A stretch of DNA of 64,000 nt, from positions 61,691-125,690 of IMG/VR virus record IMGVR_UViG_3300048837_000975, one strand, 5' to 3'. Positions 9,958-19,674 of this stretch are shown piece after piece. Both the position numbers and the translations under genes were made by a program. The notes under the pieces were generated by a model. That model was not told where the DNA came from and did no database searches. It saw only the letters and a list, made by a program, of their open reading frames with translations. This stretch comes from a virus. Within the stretch, counting starts at the first letter, position 1. Each line of letters starts with the position of its first letter.

Positions 9958-11106
9958 ATGGCTAGAGACCTGATCATATCCTGCTTCGCTCGTGCGGGGC
10001 AGAGTCAGCTGAACGCGGCTGGGCTCAAGATGATGCGCCCGGAAGACGTGTTTCCGATCAACAAGCTGACTAACTCTGTTGATGTGATCGCCATCGAGAA
10101 GGGGATGGCTGGGCACGTGCGCTCGCCGTCCGGAACCTTCTGCGACGCTGGTGACGTTTGGGGAGGGTTCTGCTTTGATCAGCTTGCGGAGAAGCTGCGA
10201 GCGTCAGGTGGCGGCTCTATCCTCCGCGGAGCCATCCTTCAGAAGGGTCTCAATCCGGCCGACTATGAGGGTGGTCGAATCGCATTGATCGCCTTCAGCG
10301 CCGGTCACACGATGGCCCGCCACATTCTGAATAGCGCAGACGCAGAGAAGATCGATACTGTGATCTCTCTGGACGGCATTGCTTTCTCAAAGGTCAACGG
10401 AAACCTGATTGACGATCAGGGCTGGATGAACTTCGCGCGTCGCGCGTGCGGCATTGACCGAATGGGCGCAAACCGGAATCCGTATCTCGGTCCGATGATG
10501 GTTGTTGCGCACACGCGCATAGCTCCTGCTAGCGCTGCTGTTGCGGCAACCTACCAGTCGTCTGAGAGGATCTTCTGGAGGCTCACCGAGGACTACATGA
10601 AGAAGCTGGCCTCTGTTCCTCGCTCCTTTGTGGAGCAGATGGGCAAAGCTCAGCAAGAGATCATGGCTCGCGTGACTCGGTCGCTCGACACGCTTCCGTG
10701 GCCACTCACGATCAACTGCGCTGGCAGCAAAACGTTCTCTCGTGCATCAGCGACGCCTAGCCGAACAGGCTATCTTGGTAACCTGTGGGATCTAGAGTGG
10801 TCTGGTACGCAGGGAGCCGATCACTGCTTCGTTGCCTATGTTGCGCAGCGCGTGATCATGGAGTCGTACCTAATTCCTCGATGGAACTCGAACGACGTTG
10901 CTGTCGCCGGGCTCGGATCTGACGCTCTCACGAACGGATCTGTTACGTTTCAGTCTCCTTCCTACGCGAACCGTGGTGGAGGAGTTGTCAATCCTGGGTC
11001 TCTAGGACCAGCGAACTATTCGGTTCCCACATTGGCGCTAGGTGCTCTTGCGGCATATGGCGGATACTGGCTCGGCAAGCGTTGGTATTCAAAGAAGCGA
11101 AAGTAA
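9958..11106 (+). CDS. Alpha/beta-hydrolase-like membrane-anchored protein
   Basis: ALIAFSAG nucleophile-elbow-like motif, IDTVISLDG, a late DH, and a C-terminal TM helix. Confidence 0.55.
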   Translation: MARDLIISCFARAGQSQLNAAGLKMMRPEDVFPINKLTNSVDVIAIEKGMAGHVRSPSGTFCDAGDVWGGFCFDQLAEKLRASGGGSILRGAILQKGLNPADYEGGRIALIAFSAGHTMARHILNSADAEKIDTVISLDGIAFSKVNGNLIDDQGWMNFARRACGIDRMGANRNPYLGPMMVVAHTRIAPASAAVAATYQSSERIFWRLTEDYMKKLASVPRSFVEQMGKAQQEIMARVTRSLDTLPWPLTINCAGSKTFSRASATPSRTGYLGNLWDLEWSGTQGADHCFVAYVAQRVIMESYLIPRWNSNDVAVAGLGSDALTNGSVTFQSPSYANRGGGVVNPGSLGPANYSVPTLALGALAAYGGYWLGKRWYSKKRK

Positions 11107-11113
11107 ACTCATC

Positions 11114-11500
11114 ATGCGCAGAATTTACACTTCAGTTGCGAACTTTCGCGCTCCGTACAACAACGTTGAGTTCGCCGGCCTTGGCGACGCTCCGACGTGG
11201 CCGAAGGGACGAACGTACTGGGACACGGCCAACTTTATGGCCACTCAGGACGATGGGTATTTCCAGAACAATAGCCTTTTTGGGCTTGGTTTGACCGACG
11301 TTCAGCGAGCAAACATCGAAGCTGCTCGCAAAGCCTCGTCAGAGGCGGCGTCCAAGGCGGGAGCTATCGCCGCCAGAGCCGAAGCTGTCGCTCGCGGTCT
11401 GGTTCCTCCGCCGTCTAGCCTTACGTCCTACCTGTGGCCGGTCGCTATCGGCGCGGCTATCATTGGTGCGGCTGTCGCCTATCGTAAGTTCAAGAGCTAA
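11114..11500 (+). CDS. Small virion membrane protein with IEAARKASSE motif
   Basis: Two GLG-ending repeats, the shared motif, and a C-terminal TM helix. Confidence 0.6.
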   Translation: MRRIYTSVANFRAPYNNVEFAGLGDAPTWPKGRTYWDTANFMATQDDGYFQNNSLFGLGLTDVQRANIEAARKASSEAASKAGAIAARAEAVARGLVPPPSSLTSYLWPVAIGAAIIGAAVAYRKFKS

Positions 11501-11550
11501 GCTCTTCAATTTGCTCGAGGTTGAAAACCGGTGTACTCTACTGTGAGTAC

Positions 11551-12381
11551 ATGAGCGCACTAATCTCACTTGCGGCCAAGTACACGTCCGCGAACCCGTT
11601 TCCGGTTGGCGACTTTGCCAAACCAGACGTGCGCTGGGCTGTGCTGTGGGCCAAATACCTATCCGCGAAAGCCGTTGTGGACCAGCTGGACAAGACCGGC
11701 TACTCAAAGACCAACGCAACAACGGCTAGTCAGAAGCTGACGACGTTCGCTGAGCAGAATGCTAACAGCTGGATTCCGGAGTCGGTTTCGAGGCTCATCT
11801 CAACCACGGTTAAGACTCCGATCTCTTCTAGAGATCTGCGCGATCTGATTCTGAATCAGTTCTTTGCGGCAGCCGAAGCGATGCGGCTGCATGAGATTGA
11901 TCGAGCATCGAAGCTGATCGCTCAGGGTATCATGTCGAACGACGAGCTAATCCGAGATTTCTCGGCTCGCCTTCGCATCTTCTCTGTCATTGAAGATCTG
12001 AACAAGAAGAAGGCCCTTGAGAGCATCAAGGGAGTCTATTCTCCTGTGCCGCTTGGCGAACCGATCACGATCGGAATCAGCGCTGCCGTGCTGGCTGTCG
12101 TGCTGGCTTTGATCGTTGTTGCTGGCATCGTCGCGTGCATCGTTATGATGTACGAGATTGAGCGAAAGAATCAGTTTGCTCGAGAGCAGTGCCGAATCAA
12201 CCCGAACAGTCTGGCTTGTGTGCAGGCTGTTAAGGAACTTTCCTCGGTATCAAAAGGGATCACCGAGATGGGTGGGGATATTCTGAAGTATGTGCTGATT
12301 GGTGGAGCGATCTACCTTGGAGCAAACATGCTTCTAGCAAAGGCTCAGGGCGCCGCCATCAGTAGGGCTATTCGACGATGA
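11551..12381 (+). CDS. Helical membrane protein (two TM segments)
   Basis: Long hydrophobic stretch; upstream TTGCTC-17-TACTCT promoter-like element. Confidence 0.6.
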   Translation: MSALISLAAKYTSANPFPVGDFAKPDVRWAVLWAKYLSAKAVVDQLDKTGYSKTNATTASQKLTTFAEQNANSWIPESVSRLISTTVKTPISSRDLRDLILNQFFAAAEAMRLHEIDRASKLIAQGIMSNDELIRDFSARLRIFSVIEDLNKKKALESIKGVYSPVPLGEPITIGISAAVLAVVLALIVVAGIVACIVMMYEIERKNQFAREQCRINPNSLACVQAVKELSSVSKGITEMGGDILKYVLIGGAIYLGANMLLAKAQGAAISRAIRR

Positions 12382-12698
12382 AATACTCTAAGTGGAAGCC
12401 GTCAGTTGGTGGGTACGACGTTTTCGAGGAGCGCGGAGGGCAGTCCGTTGACCTTGGTAACGACCTGCCTGTGCCCAACCTCACAGGAGGAAGCCCTATC
12501 GGCGTTTCCAGCGTGGAAGCTGGAAGACGAGCGACCGGTCGCCATGTGAAGGTTGGAACCTCGCCGATGCCGCAGGGAATGATTTTGGCAACCAGATCTG
12601 GTCAGCTCGGGTTCCTTCCGGAGATTCCTGGCGGGACGAGCGGGCTCTGGATGCTCTTAGCTGGGCTTGGTTTCGGTTGGTTGCTTTGGCGCAAGTGA
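12378..12698 (+). CDS. Small membrane-anchored protein
   Basis: ATGA overlap; ends LLAGLGFGWLLWRK. Confidence 0.6.
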   Translation: MKYSKWKPSVGGYDVFEERGGQSVDLGNDLPVPNLTGGSPIGVSSVEAGRRATGRHVKVGTSPMPQGMILATRSGQLGFLPEIPGGTSGLWMLLAGLGFGWLLWRK

Positions 12699-12708
12699 AG
12701 AGGTAGCC

Positions 12709-13161
12709 GTGGAATCTCACGAAAAAGCAATTCTTACTACGTTGCTCAACGAAGTTATGGAACTCCGTCGAGAGATTCAATCTATGCAGGTTGAGGATTC
12801 TCGGCGGTTCGATCTGATCACCGGCAGAATAGCTTCGCTCGAAGTCGACGGAAGTTCCGCTCGAACCGTTCGTCACCTAGAGTCGCTGGACAACGCGTTC
12901 GCGCAGCACGTCGAGGATGAGATTGAGTGGCAAGGGCGCGTCGGAGAGAGGCTGCTTGAGATCGACAGAAAGCAGGATGAGTTTCAATCGAACTTCATTG
13001 GCTCACTGCAGGAGATGAATGTTCTCACTCGCGATCTTGGTAACACGCGCGCAGAGATCATTAGTCGAGGTCAGGTTCACGGTCTGAAGGCCGGCGCTCT
13101 GGTATCCTTCGTTGTCAGTGTCGTTGTTGGTGTAATCAACGCGTTTGGTTTCGGGAACTAA
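12709..13161 (+). CDS. Coiled-coil protein with C-terminal TM helix
   Basis: GAGG then GTG start; heptad-like sequence. Confidence 0.55.
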   Translation: MESHEKAILTTLLNEVMELRREIQSMQVEDSRRFDLITGRIASLEVDGSSARTVRHLESLDNAFAQHVEDEIEWQGRVGERLLEIDRKQDEFQSNFIGSLQEMNVLTRDLGNTRAEIISRGQVHGLKAGALVSFVVSVVVGVINAFGFGN

Positions 13162-13166
13162 AGGCT

Positions 13167-13715
13167 ATGCGCAGAACGGAAGTTGATGCAAAGGCTCTCC
13201 GTGAGACCTTTATGGATCGTCCTGCTAAGCGAAAGACCAAGCTCAAGTGGTCTTGGCCCAAGCAGATGATTGAGGCTGGCTCCTGCGAAGCTGTGATGTA
13301 TACGTCCGACAAGTGGCGCGACGAGGGCGACTATCAGGACTATAAGCACGTCGCGGAGGGTCCGCAGACGCTCTACGTAAAGAAAGGTTTCCTAGCGGAC
13401 CACGCTGGTAAAGAGATCGTTCTTTGTGGACCAGTCGTCGAGATCGTTACGGACATGCCCGACACGATCGCGATGCTCGCTCCGATTCTTGGAGTTCAGT
13501 GCCGCCTCTATGATGAGGATGAGGGCGGCGAGGCGTACCTGCCCAATGGAAACAAGAACCTGTATCAGGTTGACATCAAAGGAGCGAAGCTTGGCGCGGC
13601 GAAACACCCTGAGACCGGCGAGACGTTTCTCGTCGTTTACACAGAGAACGAGGGTGTACTCTGCATGATCACTGGCACCAAGCTCGACGTTCTCAAAGAC
13701 GGAATCGTAGGCTAA
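13167..13715 (+). CDS. Hypothetical protein
   Basis: 182-aa ORF, TAATG-coupled to the next gene. Confidence 0.65.
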   Translation: MRRTEVDAKALRETFMDRPAKRKTKLKWSWPKQMIEAGSCEAVMYTSDKWRDEGDYQDYKHVAEGPQTLYVKKGFLADHAGKEIVLCGPVVEIVTDMPDTIAMLAPILGVQCRLYDEDEGGEAYLPNGNKNLYQVDIKGAKLGAAKHPETGETFLVVYTENEGVLCMITGTKLDVLKDGIVG

Positions 13716-14710
13716 TGTACTATTCGCTTTCTGGAACAACCACCGTGAATCAGTATGCCAAGGATGTTGGCATTACTGATGATCTGGTTCGCGCGTGGGA
13801 GGACAAGAAGGCAGCGTTCGTTAGCAAAGCAAGATCCGATATCGAGCAGTTTGCTGCAAACGCAGAGCAGCTGATCGCCAAGAAGAGCAAGTTCGCGAAC
13901 GAACTTCTTTCGATGGATGCCGACAGTCCAGCTGGAAGGGCTGTCATTTCTACTCTCAAGGCTGTTGCGGACGGGAAGCTTCGCGCTTCTGAGGTCGAAC
14001 AGATCGCTGGTGGAGCCGCAGCTTCAGCGGGTGTGATTTGTGGGCCAGGAGCTCCCGCTTGTGCGGCTGCGTTCGCTACAGTTGCCAGCTTCACGGCCGG
14101 ATCCATTCACAGGTGGGTCACCGGTGAGTACAAGAAGGCTCGGCGCGAGGAAAAGAAGGCGGAGAGTTTCTGTCGAGAAACAAAGGTAGCTTGGCAGTCC
14201 GCGATCGACGGCCTCTCGTCCGCATACTATCGACTTCTGAGCCCGTACATCGGCAACAAGGCGTTCTTGAGCAGGGCGGATGCGGAAAGGCATCTGATCA
14301 ACGCTGGAGCCGTTCCTCCTCCAGAATACTGCACAGTTCCGTGTAGCACATGGGGAAACCCGAGTTGCGTCAAGCCAGAGACTGCAAGAGCGAAGGCTTC
14401 CGATCTTACTCGTAAGTCATCGAACACTGTTGAGTCAACTAAGGTTGCGTACGAGGCGGTGATCAAATCGTATGCAGATCTGTCTCTGGCATACCAGATC
14501 AAGTCCAGGGTTGAGGAGGCAGCAAGGTTCGCTCAGCAGTCTGCCGCAGCAAAGTCAGAGGATGACACAAAGAGAGCCGCGTACGAGGCCAAGATGCGCG
14601 CAGCTCAAGCTGAAGTAACCAAGCAGCGTACTCGTAACTTCACAATAGCGGTTGTGTCCGTCTCTGCGCTGGCCGCTGCTGCGATTGTAGTTCTTGCTCC
14701 ACGCAGGTGA
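13715..14710 (+). CDS. Helical virion-associated membrane protein
   Basis: N-terminal YYSLSG; C-terminal TM helix. Confidence 0.6.
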   Translation: MYYSLSGTTTVNQYAKDVGITDDLVRAWEDKKAAFVSKARSDIEQFAANAEQLIAKKSKFANELLSMDADSPAGRAVISTLKAVADGKLRASEVEQIAGGAAASAGVICGPGAPACAAAFATVASFTAGSIHRWVTGEYKKARREEKKAESFCRETKVAWQSAIDGLSSAYYRLLSPYIGNKAFLSRADAERHLINAGAVPPPEYCTVPCSTWGNPSCVKPETARAKASDLTRKSSNTVESTKVAYEAVIKSYADLSLAYQIKSRVEEAARFAQQSAAAKSEDDTKRAAYEAKMRAAQAEVTKQRTRNFTIAVVSVSALAAAAIVVLAPRR

Positions 14711-15420
14711 TCCAAATGTCGGACGGACTAGGTAAACTGAGAATCAAGAGCCCGATCAAGATCAGCACAAAGGGCGGTCTTAAGGTCGGGGTGCAATCGC
14801 CTGTTCAGGTTGATAAGGGAACGAAGCCACTGGAGATCGTTAGTGGCGTAGCTAAAGCGATAATCAGCCCGGTCACGGCTCCCGTAAAGGCCGTAAACCA
14901 GTTGCTGGACAAGGTTCAGGATCAAAAACCAGCAGATCCTTTTGGTGGAATGTGCTGGACAGCAATAGCAGTTTGGTACTCGGACTTTGCCAAGTCGGCG
15001 ACTGCAACTGAGCGGGCATTTGTTCTGGCCAAAGGCAGATCCGCAACGGCTAGCGAGCTCGCACAGATGAGAAAGATCGCCAACCGTGTCCCGGTTGAGC
15101 ACTATAGATTCCTGAGATCCAAGAAGGACAGAAGAAACGATAAGGTATCCAGCACATGCGACAAAACAACCGACGATCTCTTCAAGGCTGATGTCCAGCG
15201 AAGAGAGTCCGAGATCGTGTCGGCGTTGTCGCGTGAAGCTGCGGCTAAGCCGGTGACAAAGAGTCCTGCTCAGCCGACGATAGCTCCCCAGATCGAAAGA
15301 TATGTCGCTCCTCAGGTCTTGGTCGAAGCGGTGTCGTCCGCTCCGGCCAGGATTGCTATATCTGTTGCGGTTGTCGGCGTTGCCGCGATGATTGCATACC
15401 GCATTGCTAGCAAATCTTGA
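14707..15420 (+). CDS. Membrane-anchored protein
   Basis: N-terminal DGLG; C-terminal TM helix. Confidence 0.6.
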   Translation: MIQMSDGLGKLRIKSPIKISTKGGLKVGVQSPVQVDKGTKPLEIVSGVAKAIISPVTAPVKAVNQLLDKVQDQKPADPFGGMCWTAIAVWYSDFAKSATATERAFVLAKGRSATASELAQMRKIANRVPVEHYRFLRSKKDRRNDKVSSTCDKTTDDLFKADVQRRESEIVSALSREAAAKPVTKSPAQPTIAPQIERYVAPQVLVEAVSSAPARIAISVAVVGVAAMIAYRIASKS

Positions 15421-15466
15421 CCGAACTTCTCATGTGTGAGACTCTACTGGTTAAGGGGAAACAACT

Positions 15467-15856
15467 ATGTTCAGTGGACTAGGCGCTACAGCTCAGGCAT
15501 CGTTGAGCTTCAACGCGAGCAGCTCTGGCGGAACTTCCACCAAGAGCACATCTTCTTCTGGAGGGGTAAATCCTTTCCAGATCATTCAGAAGGTACAGAG
15601 CGATTTCGCCGCCGCGCAGAGGAAGGCGGCAATCGAAGCCTCGCGCAAGGCGTCGTCTGAAGCTGCGTCCAAAGCCGGAGCAATCGCGGCACAGATCGAG
15701 GCTGCAGCAAAGCGTACCGCGGCTGAGCGCTCGCTACTTACGTCTAGTGTCACCGCTCCGACCGCTCCCGCGTCAGGAGTCTCGACTGGGCTTCTTGTCG
15801 CTGGCGCTGCTGTTGTTGCTGCTGGCGTTGTTGGATATCTAGTTCTGAGAAAGTAA
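15467..15856 (+). CDS. Small virion membrane protein with IEASRKASSE motif
   Basis: Starts MFSGLG; carries the shared motif; C-terminal TM helix. Confidence 0.65.
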   Translation: MFSGLGATAQASLSFNASSSGGTSTKSTSSSGGVNPFQIIQKVQSDFAAAQRKAAIEASRKASSEAASKAGAIAAQIEAAAKRTAAERSLLTSSVTAPTAPASGVSTGLLVAGAAVVAAGVVGYLVLRK

Positions 15857-15859
15857 CAC

Positions 15860-16540
15860 GTGCCGACACCCTGCGGGAAAGCGTCGTACCAGATTCTGCC
15901 CAACTACCTTGTTGAGGTAAACGGGAAGGTTCCGACTTCTGACGGAATGCGCTCGAAGCTCGAGAAGCTTTGGAAAATGTATGGTCGCGAGGTCGCGGCC
16001 GCTTGCTCCAAGCACGGCATTCCTAAAGCGTGGTTCATGGGAATCATGCTGAAGGAGTCCGGTGGAGATGCGAACGCCTGTAGCCAGTGCAACGCACAGC
16101 TGTGTCCAGCCCTGTATAAGCACGGACTGTGCGCCACGCAGAAGTGTTGCGCATACGGTCTGATGCAGTTTATTGACAGCACAGCTCGCGACTACGGGAC
16201 AACTGGCCCGGCGTTGCTAGGAAACGCTAGCCTGGCGATCGAGATTGCTGCTAGGTTTATTGCAGACAAGCGTTCCGAATATGGAAACGATCTCGTAAAG
16301 ATCGCCGCAAGCTACAACTGTGGAAGCCCAAAGTGTACCGGAGAGGGAACCTTTGGGTACTGCGGACAGAACGACTACTCGATGGGCGTTTTGACCGCAT
16401 CAAATACCTTCCAGCTGATGGGGCTCGGATCTGACTTCAGCTTGAGCCTGGAGCCAATCTTCTGGTATGGCGCCGCCTTGGGCGCCTATCTCGCCTGGCG
16501 CAAAATGCGCAAAGCGCAGCGCCTTCCGGTACCGGTGTAA
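15860..16540 (+). CDS. Lytic transglycosylase (SLT), membrane-anchored
   Basis: ESGG catalytic Glu, GLMQF and ASYN motifs. Confidence 0.85.
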   Translation: MPTPCGKASYQILPNYLVEVNGKVPTSDGMRSKLEKLWKMYGREVAAACSKHGIPKAWFMGIMLKESGGDANACSQCNAQLCPALYKHGLCATQKCCAYGLMQFIDSTARDYGTTGPALLGNASLAIEIAARFIADKRSEYGNDLVKIAASYNCGSPKCTGEGTFGYCGQNDYSMGVLTASNTFQLMGLGSDFSLSLEPIFWYGAALGAYLAWRKMRKAQRLPVPV

Positions 16541-16545
16541 CTTAG

Positions 16546-17214
16546 ATGGCTGTTTCCGTAAAAGACGTTTGTGGCCAAGCTCACCTAAAGCGAGGTGTCT
16601 GGGAGAAGGTGTGCTTTTCTCAGCAGTCTGACGCTTTCAAGGTGAAGATGGTCCAGGTCGCCCAGAGGTTAGGAATGGATCCTAGCTGGCTGGCCGCCGC
16701 GATTGCGTTTGAGAGCGGATTCAACCCGCAGGCCGTTAACCCGATATCTGGAGCTACTGGTCTTATCCAATTTATGCCGAAGTCGACAGCTCCTCAGCTT
16801 GGAACCTCCCAGGCTGAATTGCTGAAGATGAGCGCCATTCAGCAGTTGGACTACGTTGAGAAGTACTTTACGAAGTTCCACGCGAACAGATCCTGGAAAG
16901 GTCCCCAGGATGTCTACTTTGCCATCTTCCTTCCAGTACTGATCGGAAAGGGACTGGATGACGTTGCGGCAAAGGCTGGCTCCCCGATCTATGATCAGAA
17001 TAGGGGTTTTGACAGATCTGGAAAGGGATACTTTACGGCAAGAGACGTGGCTCAGCCCATCCTCTCTATTCTTAGCTCTGCAGATAGCAAACCACTTGTG
17101 ATCGCGGCCGCGGCCGCAACAATCGGAGCGGCTGTCTGGTTTGGTGTCGCGGTTGGCGCATATCTCGCCTGGCGCAAGATGCGTAAAGCCCAGCGCCTTC
17201 CGGTGCCGGTGTAA
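16546..17214 (+). CDS. Lytic transglycosylase (SLT-like), membrane-anchored
   Basis: FESGF, ATGLIQFM and QLDYVEKYF motifs. Confidence 0.85.
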   Translation: MAVSVKDVCGQAHLKRGVWEKVCFSQQSDAFKVKMVQVAQRLGMDPSWLAAAIAFESGFNPQAVNPISGATGLIQFMPKSTAPQLGTSQAELLKMSAIQQLDYVEKYFTKFHANRSWKGPQDVYFAIFLPVLIGKGLDDVAAKAGSPIYDQNRGFDRSGKGYFTARDVAQPILSILSSADSKPLVIAAAAATIGAAVWFGVAVGAYLAWRKMRKAQRLPVPV

Positions 17215-17222
17215 CTTAGAAC

Positions 17223-17251
17223 TTGACTATACATAAATCGGATGGTACCTT
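17223..17251 (+). promoter_or_regulatory. Sigma70-type promoter for the core-protein gene
   Basis: TTGACT-17 nt-TACCTT. Confidence 0.6.
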
Positions 17252-17377
17252 CCTACGTGAAGCTGAGTGATTCCTGGTTTTGTGTTCTCGCCAATCCAAA
17301 AATGGCGAATGACCATGCCAGGTACTCTCTAAAGAGAGACGGCGGGCTCCGTGTCGTGCGGAGTTGTGTATTCAGAC

Positions 17378-19639
17378 ATGGCTGCTAAGCGAACAACCAA
17401 AGGTAAGGCGTTCAAGATCACCGAGAAGCAGGTGAAGGGCTACGGTTATGCGAAGCCTAATCCTGTTCCGGTTACCGCCATTGTCGCTGTGAACGGCAAA
17501 GGCGCGTACAAGAAGGCGCAGTCCGCTAAGTCTGTCATGTCCGGTCGCTCCAAGTCCGAAAGGCTCGGACGCGCACGGAAGTTGACTGCAAACACCCTAA
17601 AGGGTGAGAATGCAAAAGGTTCGGCCTCTTACAAGAGCAACAAGGAGATTGGTATGCGGAAAACGGTAGCGCGCGCTCGAGTAAGGGCCGCGCTGAAAAA
17701 GAACCCCAAGTCGCCCACTGCGGCGCAGCTGAAAGCTCGTCAAGCTTTCGCCAAGATGGTCAAGGCGAAGTCTGGTAAGCTCAAGAAGAACCCGGGCAAA
17801 ACTTCTGCGAAGAAAGCTCTGGCTGCTGCGCGCAAAGAATGGGCATCAAAGATGACCGCTAACAAGCGGCGTCGCGGTGGAAAGGCCAAGAAAAAGTGGG
17901 CCACTCCGCCAAGTTGGGCTCGCGGTCCTGCTGGCACCCAGGTGATGGGCGCCATTGGTCCTACCGGAACCAAGGTGATGGATGCTGCGAGGACTACGCG
18001 CATGGACGCCGTTGGCGCCCGTACGATGGTCTCCCCGGTCTACAGTGAAAGTTCTGCGCCCACTCGGCGCGCCGGTCGCAAGACCGCTTCTGTTCGTGTT
18101 GTGAAGCCTACTAAGAAAGCAAGAAAGGGATCTCGTAAAATGGCTCGAAAAGCGGCCAGCAAGCGCGCCAAGAAGGCCGCTTCGGTCAAGTCGGTTAAGG
18201 TTGTTCGTCGTCGTCGGAAGCGCGTTGCCAAGAAGGCGGCGAAGAGCGTCAAGTCTCGACGCACGCGCAAGGCTGCGAAGTCTCGCAAGCCCCGTCGGCG
18301 AGTGAAGCGCACCGCGAAGAAGGCAAAGCGCACCAAGAAGGCGAGCAAGCGTCGCACCAAGAAGAGCCGCAAGGCTGCCGCGAAGAAGGCTCCCCGCAAG
18401 GCTCGCAAGACGCGGAAGGCTCGCAAGAGCCGCAAGACGCGACGTATGCGCAAGAATGGTCTGACTCGTCGTCAGCGCGCGGCTCGCAAGGCCGCTGCCA
18501 CTCGCGCGGAGAAGAAGGCGCGACGTAGCGCTGCTGCGAAGAAGGCTGCTCGCAAGCGTTCACGCAAGTCTTCTGCGAAGAAATCGGTTCGTCGGGTGCG
18601 TCGTCGTCGGTCCGCTAAGCGGACGACCAAGCGATCCGCGAAGCGTGCTGCTCCGAAGAAGAAGGCTCGCAAGGCTCGCAAGTCGCGTCGCTCGTACAAG
18701 CGCAATGGCGTCGGTGCGAAGGTCAAGAGCTTCTTCAAGCGGAATGGCGTGATGGAGATCGTGAAGTTGGCGGGTCTCGTGACCGCTGGCGTCGTGACTC
18801 ACCGCGCTTTGACCGCTGGTCTGAACGCTCTCGTTCTCAACCCGCTGCTCAACCCCGCTCCGACGGTTGCTGAGCCTGCTGCGACCGGATTCGTTCCGGA
18901 AGCTGCGAAGCCGATCGTCAAGCTGCTCGCTTCGGCTGCTGTTGCCGCGGCTGGTACGCTCGCCGTCAAGGCTGTCTCGAAGGATGCTCAGGTCGTCAAC
19001 TCGGTTGCTGCCGGTATGATTGCCTCGGTTCTCCATCAGGCGGTTGTGACTGCGGTGGATATGGTCTCGCCCAAGGTTGCTGGCTACCTCGCTGGCGTCG
19101 AAGACGGTACCGCGGCTCGCCTCTCGGCGATGTACGGTTACGGCGCTGCGTCGCTGCAACCGAGCTATGCTCCGATCTCGGGCATGGGCGAGTACTTCGA
19201 GGGTACGGCGGGTCTCGGCGAGTACTTCGAGGGTACGGCGGGTCTCGGCGAGTACTTCGATAGCACCTCCGGTCTCGGCTCGTATGGCGGCAACCCCGAC
19301 ATCTTCGAGGCGGCGGCGGGCTACGGAATGCTCGGCGACAACTCGGACGGCTACACGAACAACATCAACCCCAATGACGACCTCGATCGCCAGCTGACGA
19401 TCGCGGAAGCGGCGGCTGGTGTTGGCGCGGCGCCCTATGAGGCTGCTGCTGGCATCGCGGAAGCGGCGGCGGGCTTCGGCTCGATCCAGTCGGTTCCCTC
19501 GGCGGACACCTGGGTTCCGGGTTCTGCTAACGGTCAGCTGTGGGCGGGTACGCGAGCTGTGAGCAATCCGCAGTCGGCAACCGCGATGGTTCCGGCCGGC
19601 GTGCTCGAGAGCGGCGGCGGCGCTGGCATCTTCGGCTGA
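17378..19639 (+). CDS. Large histone-H1/protamine-like core (DNA-condensing) protein with hydrophobic and acidic C-terminal half
   Basis: Extreme K/R/A/S content over ~450 aa, then hydrophobic helices and an acidic Gly-rich tail with GEYF repeats; strong codon bias. Confidence 0.7.
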   Translation: MAAKRTTKGKAFKITEKQVKGYGYAKPNPVPVTAIVAVNGKGAYKKAQSAKSVMSGRSKSERLGRARKLTANTLKGENAKGSASYKSNKEIGMRKTVARARVRAALKKNPKSPTAAQLKARQAFAKMVKAKSGKLKKNPGKTSAKKALAAARKEWASKMTANKRRRGGKAKKKWATPPSWARGPAGTQVMGAIGPTGTKVMDAARTTRMDAVGARTMVSPVYSESSAPTRRAGRKTASVRVVKPTKKARKGSRKMARKAASKRAKKAASVKSVKVVRRRRKRVAKKAAKSVKSRRTRKAAKSRKPRRRVKRTAKKAKRTKKASKRRTKKSRKAAAKKAPRKARKTRKARKSRKTRRMRKNGLTRRQRAARKAAATRAEKKARRSAAAKKAARKRSRKSSAKKSVRRVRRRRSAKRTTKRSAKRAAPKKKARKARKSRRSYKRNGVGAKVKSFFKRNGVMEIVKLAGLVTAGVVTHRALTAGLNALVLNPLLNPAPTVAEPAATGFVPEAAKPIVKLLASAAVAAAGTLAVKAVSKDAQVVNSVAAGMIASVLHQAVVTAVDMVSPKVAGYLAGVEDGTAARLSAMYGYGAASLQPSYAPISGMGEYFEGTAGLGEYFEGTAGLGEYFDSTSGLGSYGGNPDIFEAAAGYGMLGDNSDGYTNNINPNDDLDRQLTIAEAAAGVGAAPYEAAAGIAEAAAGFGSIQSVPSADTWVPGSANGQLWAGTRAVSNPQSATAMVPAGVLESGGGAGIFG
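19187..19260 (+). repeat. 30-nt tandem repeat (2.5 copies) encoding GEYFEGTAGL
   Basis: GGCGAGTACTTCGAGGGTACGGCGGGTCTC twice plus a partial copy. Confidence 0.9.
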
Positions 19640-19645
19640 TAGTTG

Positions 19646-19674
19646 TTGACAAATGATGTAGGTTCATGTAGTAG
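19646..19674 (+). promoter_or_regulatory. Sigma70-type promoter for the candidate capsid gene
   Basis: TTGACA-17 nt-TAGTAG, followed by a structured ~130-nt leader. Confidence 0.55.
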
